The notes beneath the pieces were generated by a model. The model saw only the letters and a program-made list of their open reading frames with translations, was not told the origin of the DNA and searched no databases. Below are positions 53,837 through 64,000 of a stretch of 64,000 nt of DNA, one piece after another. Both the position numbers and the translations under genes were made by a program. Source of the DNA: Antedon mediterranea (Eukaryota > Animalia > Echinodermata); NCBI RefSeq assembly GCF_964355755.1, contig NC_092675.1, positions 17,766,912 to 17,830,911 on the forward strand, given 5' to 3'. Position 1 is the first letter of the stretch. Each line of letters begins with the position of its first letter.

Positions 53837-54408
53837 CGGAACACACCTATTAAATTGAACCACAGGCAATTAGGCCATAACAATATATTGGATTTAGTTT
53901 GTATCATGATTTCATTAATATTAACTAGAAAATGTTATTATTAAATATAAAACTGGCAAAACAACAATATCACATTAATTTGTAATTGTGAATGTTGATT
54001 TTTTATTTAGGCTTAAATAAAAAAAGGAAAATTAATTTGTAAAATAAAATGTTTGAATATATTAAAATATAATTTTATTATTTTATAATAATCACAAATA
54101 TGCAATTGGTTTATGTAGAAAGAAAATAGGCATACAGATGGAACTAGTGACATGCCATAGGCATTCCCTACAGCGTAGGATGAAAATGCACTTTTTTTGC
54201 ACGAAGGCCTTGATCCTCAAGAGGGCTAACCTGGATGGGGATAGCCTACAGTACTACCACAATCTTCAGCTTCTAAGAGCCTTAGCTAGGCCTAGCCTCT
54301 AGCTAGGGGCCTAGCTTTGCCTACGTTATGTCGCAGAAAAAGGCACAAATAGAATCATTATTTATTAATTAGATTACTGTACTATATTCTATTAATATCT
54401 AACGTATT

Positions 54409-54627
54409 AAAAGTGAAAGTCTTACTTCATACAGTTAGAAAAGGGGAAATTTAAGTCGGTTTTGTCAGAAGAGATTACTTCCTCCTCTTGAATATAAAAT
54501 TACTCAAGTCTGATAACGTTTCCTACCGGTGTTAAACGGTTGAGATGCGTTTATAACTACAATAAACACAGGCAGACTGGTGATAGATGACGCAAACTAC
54601 TCCCCTTTAACGCTAGGGGAATTTCCC
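54409..54627 (-). promoter_or_regulatory. Putative immune-inducible promoter and first non-coding exon of the TNFR-like gene
   Basis: kB site GGGGAATTTCCC at 54616-54627. TGACGCAA at 54588. TATAAA (minus) at 54555-54550. ETS/PU.1 GAGGAAGT (minus) at 54484-54477. Donor gtaag at 54425. IRF-type AAAAGTGAAAGT at 54409-54420. Confidence 0.55.
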
Positions 54628-54765
54628 TTTTTTCTACCATGAGGTAATAAGTTATAAATAGCAATCTTGTCACGTGTTGTCATTATGACGTTTTATAATA
54701 TAAGGCTGACAGTTTTAATATTTTTGTAAACTCGACTAATAATAATTGTATATAGGCCTATATTG

Positions 54766-55837
54766 GGGTGTCACGAAACCTAAGACCACGAAAGCTAAGA
54801 CCCCCTAAGACCTAAGATCACGAAAGCTAAGACCCAAGACCTAAGATTACAAATTCTAAGATATACTACAGCTTAAAAACAATACTTGTTTATCCATACA
54901 TAATTTTAAACACAGTAGGTTTCATTTATTACCATAAATATAATTTAATACTACCGCAAAACATAGATAAACTCACATTATTTTCGCCCGTTGAATAAAT
55001 GTATATTTTTTCTTTACAACAAACAAACTTGACGGGTTGTTTGTTGGTATATATTTACTCCAATGTGTTGGTTCAGAGGATGTTTTTCTTACGCACCTCC
55101 CTTTCTTGTATTTTGACTCCAAATTTGTTGACTAACTTTATCCTGAATACCACACTTTTAAATTAGGACTTATAAGTACTTTCAGAAGGAGAAACACATA
55201 ATAACAAATAAATAAATCCTTTTAAATTGATGATTTTACAGACGTGTTTCTTTGTATACTGTAATGTAACTCCTCGAGCTCCCCCCATGCTCAATGTTTT
55301 TGTTTCTATGGAGCGCCAAAAGAGCAACAATAATAGTACAAGTATAAAAACAGAAAGAAAACGAAACAAAAAAACTTATCATAATTTTTAAGTTAAAATT
55401 TATTTGCCAGTATTTATTTCTTCGTACATACTATTATCATTACAATTTTAATTTTACATTGTTCCATCCACACTGTAGATGGACTCCACCGAGTTTTCAG
55501 CCCTCTATATAATTTTTGCTCTTTTGACGTTCCATAGAAACAAAAACATTGAACATGGGGTAGGCCTACTTCTAGTGTGCTGTAGGCTAGTCATTTTGTG
55601 TGCGAGAAAAACGTCTGTAAAATCATCAATTTAAAAATGTATTTGTTACTTTTTATGTGATTCTTTTTCATGAAAGTGCCAATTCTAAGGTGTGGTATTC
55701 AGTATAAATGTTGGGAGTTAAAATACAAGGCAGGTGCGAAAGATAAATATTTGTAATCTTAGGTCTTGGGTCTTAGCTTTCGTGATCTTAGGTCTTAGGG
55801 GGTCTTAGCTTTCGTGGTCTTAGGTTTCGTGACACCC
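54766..55837. mobile_element. Mutator/MULE-like non-autonomous foldback element
   Basis: 89-bp TIRs (54766-54854 and 55749-55837) built from CTAAGA sub-repeats. 10-bp TSD GCCTATATTG at 54756-54765 and 55838-55847. Confidence 0.9.
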
Positions 55838-55912
55838 GCCTATATTGCGTACAACTGAGGGACTAGTGGTGTTCCACCGTACCACGCCGAGGAATCGAGT
55901 TTGAACAATACC

Positions 55913-55997
55913 AGTGCCCATTGGTCTAATGGTTAGGACATGGTTCCGGGTTCGAATCTCGGTTGGGGCGACTTTTTCTCATTCTCACAGATTTCCT
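55913..55997 (+). mobile_element. tRNA-derived SINE head with internal deletion
   Basis: TGGTCTAATGGTTAGGACAT / GGTTCCGGGTTCGAATCTC plus the shared tail. The anticodon arm is deleted relative to the 18435 copy. Confidence 0.75.
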
Positions 55998-56920
55998 TAG
56001 AATTAGAATTAATTATTGTGTTTTTATATGTAAATCAATTGTTTTTGTAAGAAATATTGCTTGTTATACTATGTTACTACAATTAAATTGTTTACAGAAA
56101 GCTTCTATTCTATTCGGGTCAAAGTAGTTAATGTTTTAACGTGGCAGCTGGTGTCTGGCGGGGGACCACTATGTGCCACATAATAGCCTACTATGAACCC
56201 CGTAGTCACAAATAAAGAGTAAAATAAACGATAATAGGCCTACACGTGAACAATAATGTTAACTATTGATAAATCAACAAAACATCTTTTTTTTATATTG
56301 GTTATCATAAATAGTTATCACAGAAGAGATGTAAATGTTTATACATTTAATTTCTTTTAATATAAAGCATATGCATTTACATAATATTTTCACATTGTAT
56401 GTAAATCAATCAATGACGATTAACGGAACATACGTATAAAAATTAACGGACCAAAGCTGTTTTTTATAGCCATGATACCACTATGAATCCTATTTTACTA
56501 AATACGATACAAATACGTATATTTTAATACCACCGTACCTTAACTCAAGCAGAGTAAAATCAACAACAATGTATTTGATCCAAACAAATACACACAAAAG
56601 AAAAACTGTAAACAATGTGAATGGATCAGGAGACTTGCAATGGCCGCTAACATGAAAGCCACTATATAAAAGCACGTCTTTATAATACTATTTATAATAT
56701 TTGTTTATACACAACTTTAGAATTAAGTAAGCCACCAATGTGTATGTAGGCCTACATTATTAGGCCTACATTATTAGGCCTAATGGTATTATGATAACGC
56801 AGACATACTCTTCTTGACTGGTGACTTCTTTATGTGCATTATATACAGTGTGACGTAACAATATGCCTACTTTTTGAATAATAATATATACATATAATAC
56901 AATAAGAAGTAACTTAGTAT

Positions 56921-59900
56921 CTATTTTAACTTAGGAACTGTTCTTAACTGAATGTACGCAAGAGTTAATAAAATGATTTGCATAATGAATAAGGCGAGCT
57001 GATTTTGCCATAAGCCCCATGTGCCGGTTGGGATGCCTTGAGATATTAGATAGTCCTCTCCATTCACCCTGTAACAACAAAATAAACCAAGAACGTTTCG
57101 TTTAAAACATCACTATGCTGTCAACTAAACACAACTAGAAGTTTGTAATGCATACTAATACATCCTTCCTACACAGGCCTACTTGTTAATGCATTATTGT
57201 TGAGCTATATGTCTACACTATCAAACTAGTTTAACACAAAAAGCTAAAGCTCTGTCTACACATCAAACTTCATGTGATGTGCCCAGATATGGTAAAGATA
57301 TGACACCGTCATGTCCATATATGGGCCCATCACATAAAGTTTGATGTGTAGACAGAGCTTTAGACAATGAATGAGTAAAGTGTCACACGGCAAAAAATAC
57401 AGTACAGTACATTGTGTTCCTAGTAAAAGTTGTTCATCAGACCATAGACCATATGAATATATAGGTCCGTGATCAGACAGTGTTTCAAAATAACAACTTT
57501 ACTTACGTCATGTTTCCGTCTACAAAAACCATCCCAGAAAATTCGTTTATAGATAGAGTCTAAAATTAAAATATACATATACGATAAACACATATATTAT
57601 TCATAAATTAAACAAACAATTGCATTTGTTTGTGTGTTTGTGTTGTACATGTTATATGTTGAAAAGTAAAATACACATACGTTTAAACTGTATCTAAAGA
57701 TACTAATCCATTTCAACCACTGCAGCCACGTCGGAAGGGATGTAATGTTTACAAACAATCCTCCAAAAATCTTAAAAGAATAATAGAGAAGTTTAAGCCT
57801 TTCACAATATAATATAATGAATAACGCAAACTATACCGACAAACTAAGGCTATAGAACAGCAGGATACCGAACTGGCCTTGCCAAGATAGGAACTTGTAA
57901 CAGTCCTTTGATCTTAGGATTGGCTGCGACAAATTTATACTAGTTGGGGTTACAGTACTGTACTGTTTGAGGTGTGGAACTGATCGTGTCGCAACCAAGC
58001 ATAAAACATTTGATCTAATGGAGCTCAGTATCCTGTTGCTACATTGCCTCAGAGTCGTTTTTTTATTATGTTTTTAAAGCGCCATGAATTAATACAATTG
58101 TAATTGGTGTTGTAGGGGAGATTCTGTGCTGTAAACATATGCAGATGCTCTTCACGTTCTATTCGTCGTTCTGGTGCTCGAAGCGTCGCAAATTATTTAA
58201 AAATGAGTAATATAAAGGTCTGAAGTTTATCATACCAGCATGAGGATGAAACACAACGGTATTATTGCCATGGCCACACTGATTGTCGAGATACGTGCTC
58301 CGACACAAAACGCTAACAAAGCTGCAGACAACGTGGTCATAAGTAAGTTCAGTAGATAAATGAAGAATTTGGTAGCTTCTGCTCTTAAACCTATAAAACA
58401 ATTTACAACATTGTATTTTTCTTGTAATTGTTATAAAATTAATACCCTTCACATCTTATTATCGTCGTTGTGTTGACGATATACAGTACATATTAGTTTG
58501 ATCAAATCATCATAATGGTCGCCATCACATCCATCGCCATCGGGGGTACACGGCTATCATTCATAACGTTTTGCCGAGGTTGATTCAATAAGAGCACACG
58601 CGTGCGCTACGGTAAATGTCGGATTGAAATGCAATGCAACTTATAGAAAATTAGGTTCAGTTTTCACATACAATGATTATACCACTTAATGACGTCATAA
58701 TGATCAACATACCACAATGGTCAACATACCACAATGGTCGTCGCCGTCATCATCCTCCTTACCAACAATTAGGCCTACCATCATAATAATAGGATTTGTC
58801 GTCATCATCGTCATGAAAGCCATTGGTGGTTATATTTGTATTCGAAAGCTCGTATCGGTAATTTATAGACACCCCGAATCGATATTATGGATTCGATATG
58901 CGACATCGTTTGATATTCATTTTTGTATACGTACCAATCATCCAGTAGGTGATAACAGCAAACATTGTTGTTGGAAAGATTCGAAGCGGAAGAATATCAC
59001 AGAAAATTTTGGATAAGAAATAACAAGAGACTCGGTAAAATCCGTTGGCTGATTCATGTCTGAAATGAAGTATCAACACATACAATTACTTAAATAATTA
59101 GTATAAACCTTCACTTCTGACGCACAGCACGGGAAACATTAGGGATGAGCTAGCTAGCGTGCGTGGGTAGGGAGAGAAACAGTTATTTTCTGGTGTCAGG
59201 TTTCTTGGATTAATCTGTGTTACATTAGGCTGAGAGGATTCAGGTTAGCGATTCGGGTCACACGCTACTCCCTTTGACATCTATTTTTGACAGTCGATTA
59301 TATTATTGTTACCGCTCCTTCGTTTAAAATAGCCCCGAATTTCCCCTTTGAAGGTGGGCGTCTTTGACCACATCCAAGACAACTGCATCTAATATAAATA
59401 TACAATATAAACATACGGCCTACTACTTACAGGAAGATTACACGCTCTTTCATGAAGACTTGCACGGCACTCATGTTACTGAAAACCATGTTCATAGTCA
59501 TGAAGAAGAAAGCTCCATATCTGAAATATTAAATGTGTTTGATAAATCCCGCGGATACATCAGTATGACAAAAAGGGGCAACAGCGCAGCCATAAGGGTT
59601 TGCCATTGCCTATACTAGGAAGTATTGACAAACTACAAACATTGTCTAGATCTATTCCGGGTATACAAACAAATTAGTTCTACTGCGGAATGGATTGAAT
59701 TTAATCTAGACACTCTGAACTTTTATTAACATTGCCCTTTAATGGTAATCAAAATATCATGTGCCTATCCCATGCAAACGAATAGTATATGATTATTAGG
59801 TGTTACATAACTAAAATATAGGGTTAGTTATAAATAACTGAAGGTGAACTAACCTATTTTGTATTCCGATTTGAATAGAATCGTCAACGTCAAAGAAGAT

Positions 59901-62900
59901 TATACCAACAATTAAAGCCAACACTGTTAGCATTATAATCTAAAAAAAAATATATAAATAGTATTAATGCGCTGGTGGTAGCCAGTAAAACGATGCGAGC
60001 GAAGAGAGGCGCACAAACACAGGCTCAATTTAACGTCCCGGGTATCTTCAATCCGATTGGATAGGGACTTTGTTCATCCTCGACGTGGTATCTCAACGCA
60101 CGCGCCACACAATTACTATGTTGTTTAGATTAGTTAAAAAACATGCGCAGACCGTTCGATTCGATTACCTGCAATAGAGATGCTTCAGGGTTACGTAACA
60201 GATTAAGAAACGCCCTTCTAGCTACAATCCGCATCTGAAAGTTAAAATCACATATTATTGTACCTTAAAATTCATACATCTCCACACTATCATTAGTAGC
60301 CAACTTATATCGCATCCACACACAAATTGTCCTACCGCGCTTTGTATCAGTCGCACACTTAAACTTGTGAAGTGCGTCCCAAATAACAATGAAATACACC
60401 AACAATTAAACGAATACGTTTGCTATCACACTTAAAAAGACAATATTAAACAAGAAATTGTTGAACTAAAAAGCAGATTTTACCTAAGAGAAGTTTGACC
60501 ATACTTTAAAGTAGAACAATAACAAATTTTTGAAAAAAAAAAAACTGAAATAAAGGTTCCACCCGTGGTGGACTGTTAAATAAATTTTGCTATGTTTTGC
60601 TTTAGATTCTAGTTATTTCTCCGTGTTTTCGGATCGACAATAATAAAGATTTGTTTGTGTGTATTTTTTTTTACCATTTACTAATGGCCAGTGACAACTC
60701 TAGTAAGATTAAACTATGTAGGGAAAAAAATAAACAAACCTGTTTAAAAAATGATGTTTGATATTCAATTTTCCGTATTTCAACTTCTTGCGTCTCATTA
60801 TGATTTTTCCATATTAAATCAAGATCTTCCTCTAACTTTGTATTGTGTGATGAACTGAGGAAGTGCTTAACAAGACTGTTATTCGTCTCACAATTACCTT
60901 CTAATGTTGCACCGCCCTCTATGTCATCTAAAATGCCAATGTGCAATAATAACAGAATTTACATAATGTATGTATAAAAAAAACAGGTCAAAAAATACTT
61001 TTTATCGCTATATGCTGATTAACAACACCTTTGTTTATGGAAATGACTGTTTTATCTAAGTTATATTGACTTATATTGTCCTTATGTAAAAGGGTCCTAC
61101 AAAAATACGAAGCTACAGCTTTTTTATGCAGGATCCTTGTTAACAGTTGTATTGCAATTATGATGTAATTGATGACTAAATAAATGTGGAATAAATGAAA
61201 TGAAATGAAATGTGTGGCACAAAGAGATTGCAGTCTATAATTCCATTAAATTAACATACGGTGTTTGGTGTGACATCATAAAGAGAAGAAAACAAATAAC
61301 TAATCTCAAATTTAGGGCCTACAAAATGTACCTCTACAAAAGGCAACCGAGACAAAAACCTAGTGGGTATTGTGCACTTTTATATTGTTTGTTTTTAAAT
61401 ATTATAAACGTCTTAGGACCACTTTTGGACGCCTAATGGCCACTGTGGGACGCCTAAGGGCCATTCTGTGACGCCTTAGGGCCACTCTGGGACTTCCAGT
61501 GCCACTTTGGGAAGCCTTAGTGTCACCCTGGGACTCCACTCCTCTGGAAATACTCTATTTTATAAGGCTATCCTGATTTTCTCTTTTGTTTTTGTCTTGT
61601 CAATGTTGTTGTAGGCTTATGTACTGTTTTAAACTTAAACGAGAATTTCCAATTTCAATTCAATTTAGGACTATGCAATCCGCTTTACCTGATTCTGGTT
61701 GAACATCACCATTGATAACGTCAAGAAAAAAGTCTGGTGGATTATTGTGTGTTTCACACACATAACCTAGAGGAAAACATTATTATATATTTATTTTAGT
61801 GTGTGTTGAATACGAAATATTGGAACCCAATGTACACAAATAAACTCGTTACCATATCTTAATATTAAATAAAATGTTACTCTATCACGATACATCTGGG
61901 AAAGCTAGGATTAGTAACTGAGACGAAGTATGTGACAAGTATTGTCTAACTATCTCAGAACTAAGCATCATAGAAAAAGAAAACTTACACGGAAATGTGT
62001 CAGATATGAAATGTTAAGAACCTGAAATGAAATACATTACCTACTATTCTTATATTATGTGTCAAATGAAAAGAAGTACGGTAGGCCCCTAATAAGAAAG
62101 ATAATTAACATCATAGGCCTACTTACCAGCTGAGCTAAAATGCTCAATAACATCACACGAAGGACCATGGTAAACCGTTTGACCCAAACTTAATAGATGA
62201 ATTGTATCAAATAATCGGTAGATCGAGTAGCGTGGTTGGTGGATTGAAAAGATGATCGTTTTTCCTTTCTTCGAAAGCCTAACAAAGCAACGAAAACCGA
62301 TTGATAAAATAGTTAAATAAATAGTTCATTAAAGAGTATTACTCATAATTTAGATTTAGTCCTACAATCCCTTCAACACATTTTAAACAATAGTAAATTA
62401 AACGTGAATAACCATATACAGTAATCCATTTCTGGTAGGCCTACGTCAGGTTTGTGGTTTGGAGCGCTTTCCCAAATACCAGAAGATCGTCTGAATTCAG
62501 TGTATAATTTTATAATCTATGTTTTTTCATCCTATAATCCATGTTCGAACGATTTTCTTTGCAAATCGAAAGCTATTTTTCTACATACAAATCAAGTTCA
62601 ATAGGTATTTAAACATTTGTCACGCCGCGGCGCTGTGGACATGTTTAGCTTCTCTTCCACCTCGGCCGGCGTTATTGGTCAAATTACTTGCGTTTCGCTT
62701 AAGCGGGGCTTATGTCAACACGGAACTCAACTCATCAACTTAACTAGTTGCGCAAGAGCGCTTAAACTTGGTTCCCACTAATACGCGACGCAAAGACGTG
62801 GTCGTGACGCCAAGTGATTTGACGAATGACAAGCCGCAGTACATAGCTTATGTACGTTGCGTCTTAATGGAAATCAAGCTTTATGTCGAGTAAGTGAACG

Positions 62901-63838
62901 AAATTCGTGTTGTTCGACATCAACATTTACGATTACGGTCTTACATTGCGTCCAATGGGGAAAATTGACTCAAGTGATGACCGATTGTGATTAGATGATG
63001 AGTAGGCCTATATGCCTAATTGGTGATGAATCTGTCTTTAAAACGACAACAATAATATGAACCATGATAATGATGAAAAGACGATGTTCAATTGAGATTT
63101 AACGGTTTTAATAAGGAAAACCCAGTATTTTGTATTTTGAACAGTTTTAAGTAAAGTTATCTTTACTTCTTCCTTGGTAATACAGTCATTATACAAAAGG
63201 TTCGATTTATTTTAGGATATCGCCATAATACTAGATGTAAACAAGAAAAAAATATATCATAGTATAGGCCTACAAGGTTATTAGTATAAACTTGAAGGTA
63301 GGACACTTAGTCAACTTTATTATACAAAGATATTCCGTTTTATTATCGAATTACGACAGAAAATGATACATGCGCAGTTACCTGTGCAAACTAACACTAC
63401 GAACTATATAATGTACGGTACAGTTGATGGTATTTACATTGACGTTTGTTTAGCAAAAAGGAAATATTGTGTTTGAATAGATGTGATTGCCAAGCAAACT
63501 AAATAGGTCAATAAAAGGAGTGTTCTTTTGTTAACTTATTTGCCACGGATTAGAAAAGTTAGATCTAAGGTGCGAAACTTTCTTAAAATAAAATTCAAAG
63601 ATATTGCAATTTTACAGTTTCCCCCCGCGTTTGTTTGGTTATCAGTATAGAATGTTTTTTCCAGTATTTTGTATACGAACCTAGAGAGCAAGTTCATGAC
63701 TGAACTGGCAGTGTTGGCATCCAGTCCGGTGGTAGGCTCATCCAGAAAGAGTACTTCAGGTCTGGTTATCAATTCCATACCAACATTTGTTCTCTTTCGT
63801 TCGCCCCCTGAAACTCCACGGATAAATTCCGTACCAAC
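56921..63838 (-). CDS. ABCG2: ABCG2-like half ABC transporter. Partial: the 5' part lies beyond the right edge.
   Basis: Exons 63838-63681 (VSGGERKRTNVGMELI...LFLDEPTTGLD), 62278-62127 (SIHQPRYSIYRLFD), 61766-61689 (NNPPDFFLDVING), 60927-60740, 60234-60169, 59939-59854, 59520-59431, 59059-58935, 58390-58236, 57770-57681, 57559-57507, 57068-56921 (stop TAG). All phase-consistent. Confidence 0.93.
57248..57359. mobile_element. Short palindromic MITE (AGCTCTGTCTACAC family, TWA flanks, Harbinger-like)
   Basis: AGCTCTGTCTACACATCAAACTT ... AAGTTTGATGTGTAGACAGAGCT perfect inverted ends. Confidence 0.85.
61413..61535. repeat. Degenerate GC-rich tandem repeat, about 21 bp, in an ABCG2 intron
   Basis: About 6 copies of a GCCACTNTGGGACGCCTAAGG-like unit. 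Confidence 0.8.
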
Positions 63839-64000
63839 CTGCCAAGCAATAAAATATGTTAATGCATATTGTGTGCCGTAGACAGTTTATGGTGGATGCT
63901 ATAAATAGTATGAGTGTTACGTGATGGACTTCCAACGAACCATGTGTACAGACATTAGGCTTTCATAGGTAATGATCGAAAGTCAAAAATAGTATGTAAA

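Overview
AT-rich, intron-rich animal genomic DNA, most consistent with an invertebrate deuterostome such as an echinoderm (inferred from a two-EF-hand PKD2; not proven). I assembled six spliced protein-coding genes by reading GT-AG sites and exon phases by hand. (1) A pro-EGF-like YWTD/EGF gene (minus strand, runs off the left edge). (2) A divergent forkhead gene, copy A (minus). (3) A complete 16-exon PKD2/polycystin-2 (minus). (4) The paralogous forkhead copy B (plus). (5) A single-CRD TNF-receptor-like gene with two death-fold-like regions and an NF-kB/IRF/ETS-type promoter (minus). (6) An ABCG2-like transporter (minus, runs off the right edge). Non-coding features include a near-perfect 1534-bp tandem duplication between PKD2 and Fox copy B, several MITE families, a MULE-like foldback element with a 10-bp TSD, tRNA-derived SINEs, two degenerate hammerhead-like relics and a strongly over-represented TAGGCCTA palindrome. 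The best candidates for novelty are the Fox pair bracketing PKD2, with their unassigned conserved C-terminal domain, and the unusual death receptor. All family calls come from recalled motifs, not database searches.
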